DNA of 64,000 nt from Camelus ferus (Eukaryota): positions 18,850,001 through 18,914,000 of the forward strand of contig NC_045697.1 in assembly GCF_009834535.1 (NCBI RefSeq), in the 5' to 3' direction. Below are positions 52,254-64,000 of this stretch, piece by piece. Positions within the stretch are counted from its first letter, which is position 1; every line of letters starts with the position of its first letter. The notes under the pieces were generated by a model, which made no database searches, was not told the origin of the DNA, and saw nothing but the letters and a program-made list of their open reading frames with translations. The position numbers were made by a program, and so were the translations under genes.

Positions 52254-52266
52254 GTTGCCTGGTAAC
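52254..52266. promoter_or_regulatory. RFX X-box motif GTTGCCTGGTAAC
   Basis: Exact match to GTNRCC(N0-3)RGYAAC about 130 bp upstream of the TBC1D19 ATG. Confidence 0.7.
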
Positions 52267-52397
52267 GCTCGCTGGAGGAGTCCCAGCCTAATAAGGTCCC
52301 CGAGAAGTGTCACTGGCCCTGAGTGGGACCCCGGCGTGGCCGGTTCTCTCCGCGATAGCGGCCTGCCCCCGCTGCTTGGCGGGCTAGGACAGGGGAA

Positions 52398-52496
52398 ATG
52401 TTGCAGGAGGAGTCGGATCTGTCTCTCATTATTGCTCAGATTGTCCAAAAGCTCAAGGGCTCCAATTTGTACGCTCAGTTGGAACGGCAGGCCTGG
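52398..52496 (+). CDS. TBC1D19: TBC1 domain family member 19, coding exon 1 (33 codons, phase-0 intron follows; remainder of gene beyond window)
   Basis: ATG at 52398 (ggggaaATG, A at -3) translates MLQEESDLSLIIAQIVQKLKGSNLYAQLERQAW, matching my recollection of the human TBC1D19 N-terminus (…GSNLYSQLERQAW…) except one S/A change; followed immediately by the donor TGG|GTAAGT at 52497; sits in CpG-rich DNA. Confidence 0.95.
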
Positions 52497-52929
52497 GTAA
52501 GTGAGGGTGAGTGGGAAGGAACGGAGCCCCGCGGGACCGCGGGATGCGGCGCCTCCTCCTGCACCCAGCTGACCTAAGCCCGAGCCCGCCTCTGGTCTCT
52601 CCAGCACTGCTCCTGGGCACGGAAAAGCCTCGCTTCCAGGTGTACGCTCCACTTTCTCAGCCTGTCGCTTGGGGTAATAGATTTTAAAGAAGGGTGGAGC
52701 ACACCACGCCCTTATTCAGGTCAGAGAAAGGCTGGGACTATTCATTCATACTGTAGTCCTTTACAGGGTCTAATTTTTTAAGCTGCTGGAATCAGTGGAG
52801 GTAGGTTGGGCTATACCTTCCTTCACTTTTTCGGTCCTGTAGATGGGTTTGGGCCCGGGCCCCCAGGTTCCTTTTGGCTTTCAAGTCAATCTATCACCTT
52901 CTTGCTCTCTACCTACCCTGCAATAATTT

Positions 52930-55900
52930 CCCATATAACCCAGTTTTTATTGAGAGTTTTCTCATGTGCTAGGTTCTTTGGATGCAGAGATTGCAGGAGA
53001 TCTTTGCCTTTTTTGAGAAAGTCATAAATAGAATCATGCAGTTTGTAAATTTTTGTGCCTGATTTCTGTCATTTTGCATTATGCTTTTGATATTCATCCA
53101 CGTTGTTGGTATGTCAGTAGTTCTGTTCCTTTTTATTGTTGAGTAGTATTTCAGTGTTTGGATGTACTGCATTTTGTTGATCTATTCATTGATTGCTCAG
53201 CATTTTCAGTTACAGAGTTATGGGTTGTTGCAGGCTGTAGAGATTATGAGTAAAGCTGATATATTCTTTCTGGTATAGGTTTTTGTTTAAATATTTGTTT
53301 TCCTTCTTTTGGATAAATACCTAGGAGTGGAATTGCTGAGTTGTTTGGTAAGTGTACGTGTAATTCTATAAGAAACTGCCAGACTTTTCCAAAGTGGCTG
53401 TATCATTTTGCATTTCCACTAGCAATTTTGAGAGTTTCAGTTGCTCTACATCCTTACTTGTGCTTGATGTCAGTTTTTAATTAATTAATTTTTATTAATT
53501 ACACTCCTCTAGTAGGAGTGTGATGATATCCCATTATGGCTTTAATTGTATTTGCTTAATGACCAAAGGTTTTAGGCATCTTATCATATGTTTTTTATCT
53601 CCTTTAGTGAAGTAGTCTGTCGAAATCTTTTGCCCATTAAAAAAATTGTTTGTTCTCTTATTGTTGAATTGTAAGTATTCTTTATATATGACACAAGTCC
53701 TTTATCAGAGATACATCTTCAAATATTTTCTTCCAGGCTGTGGTTTATCTTTCCATTTTCTTACCTGGGTCTTTCAAAGAGCTGAAAGTTTTACTTTTGA
53801 TGACATACAATTTTATCCATTTTTTTATGACATGTGCTTTTTGTGCTTTACCTAAGAATCTACACCAGGGTCTCAAAATTTTTCTTCTATGTTTTGTTCT
53901 AAAATTTTCTTCTATGTTAGCTTTTACATTTAGATGTGTGATCCATTTTTAGTTAATTTTTGTGTATGATGTAATGTAAAGATTTTTGTTTGTTTGTTTG
54001 CTTTTGTTTTTGCATGTGGATGTCCAATATTGTATCTATTTCTAGTACTTACTTGTTGACAAATCTATATTATCTCTGCTAATTTCCTAGGCACCTTTGT
54101 TGAAAATTGATTTAGTATACACACACAATTTATGACACTCTGTTTTGTTCCATTGATCTATTTATCTATTATTATGTTCATATTACACCATTCTGATTTT
54201 TGTAACTTTCTAGTAAGTTTTGAAATCAGGTGATTAGTTCTCCAACTTTGTTCCTCTTTTTCAAAATTGCTTTGGCTACTCTAGGCTCTTTGCTTTACCA
54301 TATAAATTTTAGAATCATCTTGTAATGATTACAAAACTTGCAATCATCTTATTACAAAAACTTGCTTGGATTTGCATTGGGGTTATGTTGAATCCATAGA
54401 TCAATTTGGGGAGAACTGACATCTTCACAATATTGAATTTTCTAGCCTGTGAACATGCTTTATCTCTCCATTTATTTATATCTTTGTTTTTTTCTTGTCA
54501 GTGTTTTATAGTCCAGTATACAAATATTGCATATATTTTGTTAAGATTTTCCCCTAAGTATTTCATATTTTTTGATACCATTATAAATGCTGATTTTTTT
54601 TCCTCATTTCAGTTTTCAATTGTTTATTGTTAGTAAACAGAAATAAAACTGATATTTGTATATTTACTATGTATCCTGCGACCTTACTAAACTTCCTTGT
54701 TAGTTATAATAACTTCTTCCTCTCCAATATGTATACCTTTTAGTTCTTTTTCTTGCACTGGCTAGTGCCCCCAGTGCAATGTTGTATAGATACTTTTTAA
54801 AATTGAAATACAGTCAGTTACAATGTGTCAGTTTCTGGTGTAGAGTACAATGTCCCAGTCATGCACATACATACATATATTTGTTTTCATATTTATAGAT
54901 ACTTTTTATTAGGTTGAAGAAGCTCTCTTGTATTTCTGGGTTTCTTAAGAATTGATGTTGAATTTTGTTAAATACTTCTTTTGTATCTGTAGATATAATA
55001 TATGCTCATGATTTTTAAAAATATGTTGATATGGTTAGTATACTGATTGATTTGAATGTTGAACCAGTTTTGCATTCCTGAGATGAATTCCACTTGGTTA
55101 TGATGCATTGTCCTTCTATAATTCTTGATTCAATTAGCTAATATTTTGTTGAAGATTTTATATTTTTATAAAGGATATTAATTTACAGTTTTACTTTAAT
55201 ATCTTTGTTTAGGTTTATATCAGGTAATGCTGATCTCTTAAATTAAGTTGAGAAGTGTTCCTCTGGCTCCTATTTTCTGGAAGAATGTGTGTAGAATTAA
55301 TATTATTTCTTCCTTAAATGTTTGGTAGAATTCCCACTAATGTTATTGGGGCTTGCAGTATTCTCTGTGGGAACGTATTAAATAAAAAGTTTCACTTAAA
55401 AAACATGTGCAAGGCCATTCAGGTTATTTATCTTGTTAAATGTTCCATGTGCACTTGAAAAGCGTGAGCATTCTGCTGTTGCTGTTCCACACATGTCAGT
55501 TAGGTCAAGTAGACAGACAGTTTTGTTCAAGAGTTCTACAACCCTACTGAGTGTGGAGGCTTCAGTCAGTACAGCCAAGAGTCAAGTTAGGCTTGAGTTT
55601 TGTTATTGCTGTCATTAGCTTCAGTGTGCCACAGGCTTCAAATTCAGTGGGTTCCTGTAACTTCATGGGGCCACAAAGAATTCTGCAGGCCCCAATAACT
55701 CCCTGGGGTACTGAGGGTTTTTCTCAGTGTTTCTACTATGTCCTCAGCTTTCCTTTGTCTCTGCTCGCCTGTGCCACAAAGGGAAGTCTCTCTGCATCCT
55801 CTGATCCCTTCCTCAGCAGTCGTCTGTTGTTACTCAGTCTTAAAGTTCGCTGTAGGTACAGGCATTCTGTTTTCCTGGTCCTGTCTTAGCCCAGGTGCGC

Positions 55901-56675
55901 TGGGGATGGGTCTTTGACAGTGCTCATTTCTCTTCTGCTTTTGGCAGCCAGACTCTGCCTTGTGGCAGGTGACTGGTGAAGGAGAGACTCCTGCCCCTCC
56001 CTAGTGCTGGTTTGCCTCTACTTTATACTGGTGTAAGATTCTGGGCCTGCGAGAGTTTTCTTACCTTTCCATGAGGAAGACAGTTTTTGCATCTGTCTCA
56101 CCCCCAGAAGCAATGAATTGTTGCCTCCCCTAGAGGTTTAAGGCCTTTTCCTCAAATGGGAGGAGAGTTTGGGCAAGGTGGCACTGTTGTATGCTTGTTT
56201 TGTAATGATAACCTATCCTCTCTTGCACACCTGTGCCACAGAAAGGGGCTCTCTGCAGTTCCCTGCTCTGCCGCCAGTATTTTGTGTGGGCACCTGGTGG
56301 AGACCCATGGAAAAGAGCACGCAAGCGAGTATGAATTCCCCTTGTGTTTTGAGCTCCCAGTGTTTCTAAACTGACATGCTAGCCCACAGCTAGTCCATAA
56401 GGGACTTATAATGTTAGCTGATTTCTTCCTTCTTGCTGGTATGGTTGCTTTCTTTTCTTTCTGTGCTTTGCCATGCATGAAGTAGTTTGGAATCCCATCT
56501 CTTTGGAGGGGCTTGTTACTCTTTGGAATTTAGTTCACTCAATTGTCTTAAAACCTCATTTTTCTGATGGGTTCAAAAGTTATGATTTTGTAGATTATAT
56601 AGCTTTTCTTATTGTTAAGGTGGAAGTGACATCTCTTGTTATGGCTTTCCACATCCTATGCATTAGCAGAACTCC
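52930..56675 (-). mobile_element. Old L1M element, internally deleted (3' end, ORF2 pieces, probable 5' region)
   Basis: 3' UTR/ORF2 motifs from ~53000 to 55540; GC-richer 55560-56675 resembles an L1M 5' region. Confidence 0.7.
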
Positions 56676-56679
56676 GGTT

Positions 56680-59600
56680 ATAAGTGTTGAAGGATTGCAT
56701 TTATGTCTGTGGACAAGATTGGTCTGTAATTTTTCTTTCTTGTAATGTCTTTGACAAGTTTTACATCAAGGTTACCCTGGCCTGATAAAATTGTAGGAAA
56801 GTGTTCCCTCTTTGTTTCTCTTCTGTTTGCTGCAAGAGTGTTATGAGAGTGTGTTATTTCTTTCTTAAATGTTGGGAAGAATTCTCCATTGAAGCCTGTG
56901 TCTCAGATTTTCTTTTGGGAAAGTTTTTTTGTTTTGTTTTGTTTCAAATTGGTTGACTATTTTTTAGAATGGTTTTAGGCTTCCAGAAAAATTGAGCAGA
57001 AGGTACAGAGTTCCCATACATCCTCTCTCCTTACACACAATTTCCCATATTATTAACATCTTGCATTTATTAGTGTGGTACTTTTGTTACTATTGGTGAG
57101 CTAATCAATATCAATACATTATTATTAGATAAAGTCCACAGTTTACATTAGGATTTGCCCTTGTGTTGAATCCTGTATGTGGGTTCTGTGGGTTTTTACA
57201 AATGTATAATACCGTGTATCTACTATTCCAGTATCTTACACAATAGTTTCACTGCCCTAAAAATCCTCTGTGCCCCACCTACTCATCCCTCCCCCTTCTC
57301 CCAAGCCCCTGGCAACCACTTGGTTTTTTACTGACTGTAGTTTTGCCTTTAAGAATGTGGTATAATTGGAATCATACAGTATGTAGCATTTACAAAGTGG
57401 CTTCTTTCACGTAGCAATCTGTATTTACTGTATGTCTTTTTGTGTCTTGATAGCCTTTTTCTCTCTGAATAGTATTTATTGTGTGAATGTATCAGTTTGT
57501 TTATGCATCCACCTACCTATTGAAGGACATCTTGGTTGCTTCCAAGTTTGACAGTTATAAATAAGACTACTGTAAACATTATGGGTAGATTTTTGTATTG
57601 ACATAAATTTTCAACGAATTTGGGTAAATACCAAGGAACCTGATTCCTGGATTCTATTCATCTGTTTGTCTATTTTTTCAGCATTACGCACTGTCTTGAT
57701 TTTGGTAGCTTTATAATAAGTTGAAGTTGTCAGTCCTCCAACTTTGTCCTTCAATATTGTGTTGGTAAGATTTTAAGGAAGAAATTCAATTTTAATAGAT
57801 ATAGAAGTATTCAGATTTTCTGTATCTTCTATTGTCAGTTTTGGTAAGTTGTGTTTTTCAAAGAATTTGTTTATTTCATTTAAATGATATAAATTATTGG
57901 CTTAAAGTTGTTTATAATGAACTTTTCTTTCTTTTTAATGTATGAAAAGTCTATCACAATTTCTGATAATGAAAATTTGTGTGCATATATACTTTGAAAC
58001 AGTTTTGCTGTAGGTTTATCAATTTTACTAATCTCATCAAAGAACCAATTTTGGCTTTGCTGATTTTCTCTTAATTTTGGATCATATCTTTATTACTAAT
58101 TTTCTCCTACTTTCTTGGGGATTGATTTGCTGTTCTTTTCTTTTTTTTTAGTTTCTTGAGATAGAAGCTTAGATCATAGTTTTCAAGACTTTTTTCTTTT
58201 CTAAAATATATATTTAAGGTTATGATTTTTTCCCCTAAGCATTACTTTAACTACATTCCACTGTTTTAGTGAGTCATAATTTTACTGTCCTTTTGTTTAA
58301 AACATTCTGTAACTTTTTTTTGTCATTTTAAAAATTTGGCCCAAGGGTTATCCTGAAGTACATTGCTTAATTTCCAAACAGTTGAGATATTTGCTTCTTT
58401 TTTGTACTTTTTTTGAAGTATAGTTGCTGTACAATATTATATAAATTAAAGATATACAATATAGTGATTCACAATTTTTAAAGGTTATACTCCATTTATA
58501 GTTATTATAAACCATTGGCTATATTCACCATGTTGTACAGTATATCCTTGTAGCTTATTTTATACCTAATAGTTTGAGTTTGTACCTTTTAGTCTCCTAC
58601 CCCTGTATTGCCCCTCCTCCCTTCCCGTCCCTACTGGTGATCACTGGTTTGTTTTCTATATCTGTGAGTCTTTCTATTTTGTTATATTCACTAGTTTGTT
58701 TTATTTCTTACATTTCACATATAAGTGATATCATACTGTAATTATCGTTCTCTGTCTGACTTATTTCATTTAGCATAATGCTCTACAAGTCCATGCATGT
58801 TGCAGCAAATGGCAAAATTTCATTCTTTTTATGGCTGAGTAGTACACCATACACACTCACACATACACACACACACACAAACACACCCACATCTTTATCC
58901 ATTCATTTGTTGATGAACTTTTAGGTTGCTTCCTATCTTGGTGATTGTAAATAATGCTGCTGTTTTTAATTAGTGTCCTTGTTTTTTGTTTTTTTTTTTG
59001 TTTTTTCTTCCAGATATATGCCCAGGAGTGGAATTGCTGGGTCAGGTAGTAGTTCCATTTTTAGATTTTTGAGAAACCTCCATACTGTTTTCCACAGTGA
59101 CTGCACCAATTTACACTTCCACCAACAGTGTACAAGGGTTCCCTTTTCTCCACATCCTCACCAACGTTTGTGTTCTTTTTGAGGATAGTCATTCTGACAG
59201 GTGTGAGGTGTTATCTCACTGTGATTCTGATTTGCATTTCTCGGAGGATTAGCGATGTTGAGCATCTTTTCATGTGCCTATTGACCATCTGTATGTCCTC
59301 TTTGGAAAAATGTCTGTTCAGTTCTTCTGCCCATTTTTTGATTGGGTTGTTTGTTTTTTTGATGTTGAGTTGTATAAACTATTTGCATATGTTGGATATT
59401 AATCCTTTATCGGTCATATCATTTGCAAATATCTTCTCCCATTCAGTAGGTTGTCTTTACATTTTGTTTATGGTTTCCTTTGCTGTGCAAAAGCTTCTAA
59501 GTTTAATTAGATCATGTTTGTTTATTTTTGCTTTTATTTTCTCTACTTTAGGAGAGGGATCCAAAAAAATATTGCTGTGACTTACATCAAAGAGTGTTCT

Positions 59601-62600
59601 GCCTGTTTTCCTCTAGAAGTTATAGTATCTAGGCTTACATTTAGGTCTTTAATCCATTTTGAGTTTATTTTTGTATATGGTATTAGAGAATGTTCTAATT
59701 TCATTCTTTTATGTGTAGCTGTGTACTTTTCCCAGCACCACTTATTGAAGAGACTGTCTTTTTTCTGTTGTATATTCTTGTGTCCTTTGTTGTAGATTAA
59801 TTGACCATGATAAGTGTGTGGGTTTACTTCTGGGCTCTCTATCCTGTTCCAGTGATCTCTCTGTTTTTGTGACACTGTAGCTTTTTAGTACAGTCTGAAG
59901 TCAAGGAGCATGATTCCTCCAGTTTCATTTTTCTTTCTCAAGATTGTTTTGGCTATTTGGGGTCTTTTGTGTTTCATACAAATTTAAAAGTTTTTTATTC
60001 CAGTTCTGTGAAAAATGCCATTGGTAATTTGATAGAGATTGCATTGAATCTGTAGATTGCCTTGGGTAGTATGGTCATTTTAACAATATTGATTCTTCCA
60101 ATCCAAGAACATAGTATATCTTTCCATCTGTTTTTGTCGTCTTCAATTTCTTTCATCAGTGTCTTCTGAGTTTTCTGAGTATAGATTTTTTGCCTCCTTA
60201 GGTAGATTTATTTCTAGGAATTTTATTCTTTTTGATGTGATGGTAACTGGGATAGATTCCTTAATTTTTCTTTCTGATATTTTGCTGTTAGTGTATAGAA
60301 ATGCAACAGATTTCTATGTGAATTTTGTATCCTGCAACTTCACTGAATTCATTGATGAGCTTTAGTAGTTTTCTGGTGTGTCTTTAGGATTTTCTATGTA
60401 TTGTATCCTGTCATTGTTATTGATTTCCAGCTTAAAGTCTGTTGTCAGAGAACATTCTCTGACTGATTAAATTTTTAAAAATGTGTTGAGGCTTGCTTTA
60501 CAGTCCAGTATATAGTCAATTTTGCTTCCTGTTCCTCTTGTACTTGTAAGGAATGTGTATATTGTCACTGTTGGATCAGGTTATCTATATAAGCCACTAA
60601 GGTCCAGGTGTCAATTATGCCTTTCAGTTTTTCTATAATCTTATTGAACTTTTTTCTGCTTTTTACCAGCTATTCAAAGAAATATATTTAAATCTCCCAC
60701 CATGGTTATGTATTTGTCTGTTTCTTTTAATGCTCTCAATTATTTTATTTTTTAATTTTAAGGCTATTTTATTGGTTGTATACAGATTTATATTGTGATA
60801 TCTTCCTGATGGATTAGCCCCTTAATCATTATGAAATGTTCTTCATTATCTCTAATAAGTTTCTTGCCCTAAAGTCTATTTTGTCTGATGTTAGTATATT
60901 GATAACCTTTTTTTTTTTTTTGGTTAGTGTTTGCATGGTATGATTTCTTCCATACTTTCATTTTCAACCTTTCTGCATCAACATCATATAGTTGTTTTTA
61001 AAATCCAGGCTGACAAATATTTTAATTTTATTATTAAGTATATTTACATTTAATGAATTTGCCAATATATTGGGTTTTATATTTTTGGTCTTAATATTTG
61101 TTATTTTAAATTTGATACATTTGCCTCATATACTATTTTCTCTCTTTTCTGGCTTTCTTTTTGATTATTCAAATATTATTCAAATATATTTGTTGTTCTA
61201 ATTTCACCTCCATTAATGTGATAGTTACACATCGTTTTATTGTTCTTTAAGTACCTATTATTAGAGGTTATAGCATTTATTATTGATTAATTATAGTCTT
61301 GTACAAATTATTACTTTTACAATTTCCCTATAATGTAATGCTAGAACTTAGAACACTTTACTTATTTACACCTCTTTTCTTCTGTTATTTTTGTCATGCA
61401 TTTTATTTTAAATTCCACAAGACATTGCTATTATTGTTTTGAAGCATCAGTATTTAGTCAACACTTACTTGTTTTTAACCAAATTTTATCCTTTTTGTTT
61501 CTCATCCTACATTTCCACATTTACCTTTGGATTATTCTTCTTCTACTATAAGCTCTTTTTTGTTATTTCTTTTAGTACAGGTTTCCTGGTGACAAGCTCC
61601 TCAGTTTTATTTGTCTGATGATGTCTTTATTTCATCTTTACTTTTGAAGGATTTTTTTTCTGCATACAGATTTCAAAGTTGGCAGTAATTTTTTTTTTTT
61701 TTTTTTTAGCATGTTGAGACAGACATTTCATTGTCTTTTGGCTTCTTTGTTTTCTGTCATGAAGTCAGCCATTAGGCTTTTTATTACCCATTTAAGGTGT
61801 GTCCCCAACCCTCACCCTGGCTGTTTTAACATTTTCTTTTTGTCTTTGCTTTTTAGCAGTCTTGTTAAGATGTACCTTGGTGTGTTGTTATTGTTCCTTG
61901 AATAATAACAATAATTTATTAATTATCAATAATATATAATAATATTATATATTACTAATAATTATAAATATTAATTTATTCTGGTTTGAGTTTCAGGGGC
62001 TTCTTAAATCTGGGATTGATATCTTTCTCCAGTTTTGGAAATCCTTGGTCATTATCTGTTCAAATATTTGTTCTGCCACATTTTTCTCTCTCCTTTCTTT
62101 CTGAGGCTCCAATTTATTCATGTTATATATTTCACTGAGTTCCACTGATCTCTAGTATTCTTTTTATTTTGTATTATTTTTTTCCTTTGTGCTTCAATTT
62201 GGTTATTTTCTTTTGATTTGCTTTCAATTCACTAATCTTGTTTTATGCTATTTTACATCTCTTGTTAAATCCATCTAATGAATTCTTATTTACATTTAGT
62301 GTATTTTTCAGTTCTAAAATTTCCAGATAGTTGTCTTTTATTGATTCCAATTCTCAGGTAAAATTATCTGCTTTTCATCTACTTTGTCCAGTTTTTCTCT
62401 TTTAAAAAATATAACTCGTAATTATTTTAAAGTCTTTGTCAGTTAACACTAATATCTGGATCACATATGGATCTCTGTCTATGGTTATTTTATGTTATTT
62501 TCTCTTAGATTTTGTTCGTCTGATTTTGTCTGTTGGCATGCCTATTAATTTTTATTTGATGCCATTGAGTCTGAAAAATTGTAATGCCTCCTTCTGATAT

Positions 62601-63340
62601 CTTTCGTTTTTTTCCCCCTTTGGATTTTTAAAATTTATGTTTTAATTGAAGTATTGTCAGTTTACAATGTTGTGTCAATTTCTGGTGTACAGTATAGTGT
62701 TTCAGCCATACATGTATGTTGGGAGTTTGAGATTTGCTGATACCTTTCTTTATTGAGGGTTTACCCTCCTCTCTGCTGGGCAGATAGTCTTGTGACTGAT
62801 TCCATTAATCCAGTTAGGAGTGTGCTGGGTTGAGGCTGAGTTTTACTTTCAGGCTTGCTCTTCGAATGGTTCTTTCCTGGCTCTCCTAAGTTTTCAACAA
62901 ATAATTTGATAAATTCTAAGGATCATTTTCTCTCTTGGGTCCTGAACGCTAACGTTCTTCTTGTCAGACTGCTAAAAAACTTTTTTCACAGGTTTTCTGG
63001 TTAGGTTTTTAGTCTTCCACCCCACAGAGTTCTAGTGTTTAAAGAATTGCTTGAGAAAACTGGCCATGTGCATAAGATCTTAAGTCTCTGCCAAAGCTCT
63101 GCTTATTTCTCTATCCATCCTATGAGCCCTCCATCAGGCTTCATACTGGGTTTGACCTGATTCTTGGTTTTCTGTTCATGCTCAGAATAACGATCCCAGG
63201 GAAAACGTGGCTGCAGAAGGCAGTTTGTCTCACAGGATTTTTCCCTTTCTGTTCACTCCAGTTCTTGTTCTCTCAGCAACCCTCTTCTGTCCTCAGATGA
63301 TTGGATTTTTGTTTGCTTGTTTGTTTGGCTCTACTGTTTT
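56680..63340 (-). mobile_element. Older L1M ORF2/ORF1 fragments hosting further L1 insertions (e.g. ~56950-57765)
   Basis: Continuous T-rich antisense L1 motifs (aaagaaccaattttggcttt, aagtctattttgtctgat, ccttggtcattatctgttcaaatat). Confidence 0.7.
58400..60413 (-). mobile_element. Younger lineage L1 (3' ~2 kb of ORF2 + 3' UTR)
   Basis: Minus-strand peptide …[17 protein letters not shown]…QLIYNKG…[12 protein letters not shown]…[15 protein letters not shown] is L1 ORF2, with stops and frameshifts. Confidence 0.93.
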
Positions 63341-63489
63341 TTCTACATAGGGATACTGACCAGCCACCAGCTCCTCCATACAACTTGGAAATACAGGGCC
63401 TGTTTTGTGAGGATTGAACAAGATAATATGCCTGGCACATAGTAAGTGCTCAGTAAATAGAAGCCTGAGTGTTCTTTAAAAGTTGGAAT

Positions 63490-63855
63490 GAGGTATCACT
63501 CCTTTGTTAAAAACCCTTCAGTGCTTCTCATTGCCCTTAGAAAAATGTATAAAGTCCTTAATTAGGCCTAAAAGCTTGATAGCACTGTTCTTCACCCTCT
63601 ACCCTTCAGCCATGACTGTCTAAGTTTTATAGGTCTTCAGTAACCTCCCAGTTTAATTTAGGTACTCCTTTTTTGGTGATCCATAGTACCTGGAACTTTA
63701 GCTTTTGTATTATTTAAATGTTTGCCTTCCCCACTAAATCTGAGTTTCATGAAGGCAGGAAAAGACTGTGTCTGTCTTGGTCTACTGTCTTCTACACCTA
63801 GCATAATGACTGGCATGAGAAAGGTGCTCAGCATGTCTTTATTAAATGGAATAAA
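63490..63855 (+). mobile_element. L2 3' fragment (MIR just upstream, ~63400-63460)
   Basis: ccttccccactaaatctgagtttcatgaaggcagg…cctagcataatgactggcatgagaaaggtgctcagc. Confidence 0.75.
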
Positions 63856-64000
63856 TCTCAATTCTTCTTTTTTAATGTTCATTCTAACAATATATATATA
63901 TTGAGTACCAACTATGTGCTAGACACTTTGCTAGTGATAAAAGTTTTCTAAAAGCATTCTTACCTTAAGGAATTCAAAGTTTGATGTGGGACTCTGCTTT

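Larger units (their letters stand above)
52165..52710 (+). promoter_or_regulatory. TBC1D19: CpG-island-like promoter / 5' UTR / exon 1 region of TBC1D19
   Basis: Clearly the most CpG-dense GC-rich stretch in an otherwise CpG-depleted window; overlaps the first coding exon; no ATG between 52267 and 52397. Confidence 0.8.
52497..64000 (+). other. TBC1D19: TBC1D19 intron 1 (partial)
   Basis: Begins at the GTAAGT donor; I could not find the expected next peptide (ASLQRPEIKLESLKEDIKEFF…) encoded before the window ends. Confidence 0.8.

Noticed and set aside
52345..52357. BANP/ZBTB33-type CGCG element (tctccgcgata) in the 5' UTR
   Set aside because: Three mismatches to TMTCGCGAKA in either orientation.
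52209..52652. 147-aa minus-strand ORF (and 81-aa + ORF 52255-52500) over the promoter
   Set aside because: Non-ATG starts in stop-poor GC-rich DNA, overlapping the true TBC1D19 exon in other frames; no recognisable protein.
58973..59875. ORFs of 69-150 aa, some very hydrophobic
   Set aside because: Sense or antisense translations of a disrupted L1 ORF2; not host genes and not an intact L1.
1..64000. CRISPR arrays, operons or other prokaryote-like novel systems
   Set aside because: The sequence is repeat-rich mammalian DNA; the short direct repeats seen are TSDs, microsatellites or simple tandem duplications, with no regular repeat-spacer array.

Overview
Mammalian genomic DNA, most likely a camelid (camel/alpaca/llama), judged from six copies of a tRNA-Ala-derived SINE resembling the camelid vic-1 family. 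It contains one recognisable protein-coding element that the ORF track misses: coding exon 1 of TBC1D19 (52398-52496, +, MLQEESDLSLIIAQIVQKLKGSNLYAQLERQAW). This exon lies in a small CpG-rich promoter with a consensus RFX X-box and is followed by about 11.5 kb of intron 1 made almost entirely of antisense L1. The first ~52 kb is intergenic sequence upstream of TBC1D19 and is dense in old transposable elements (L1, L2, MIR, CR1/L3, MLT1/MLT2/LTR16, ERV LTRs, hAT and Tigger DNA transposons). Notable structure includes a nested TE stack (MER82 > two LTRs > L1), an ERV 3' end with a polypurine tract and an Env-like transmembrane remnant, an old ~440 bp local duplication, and several ultra-short L1 insertions with target-site duplications (TSDs), one apparently 5'-inverted. 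I found no convincing novel biological system. Repeat subfamily names come from remembered consensus sequences and need RepeatMasker/Dfam confirmation, and boundaries of old repeats are approximate.
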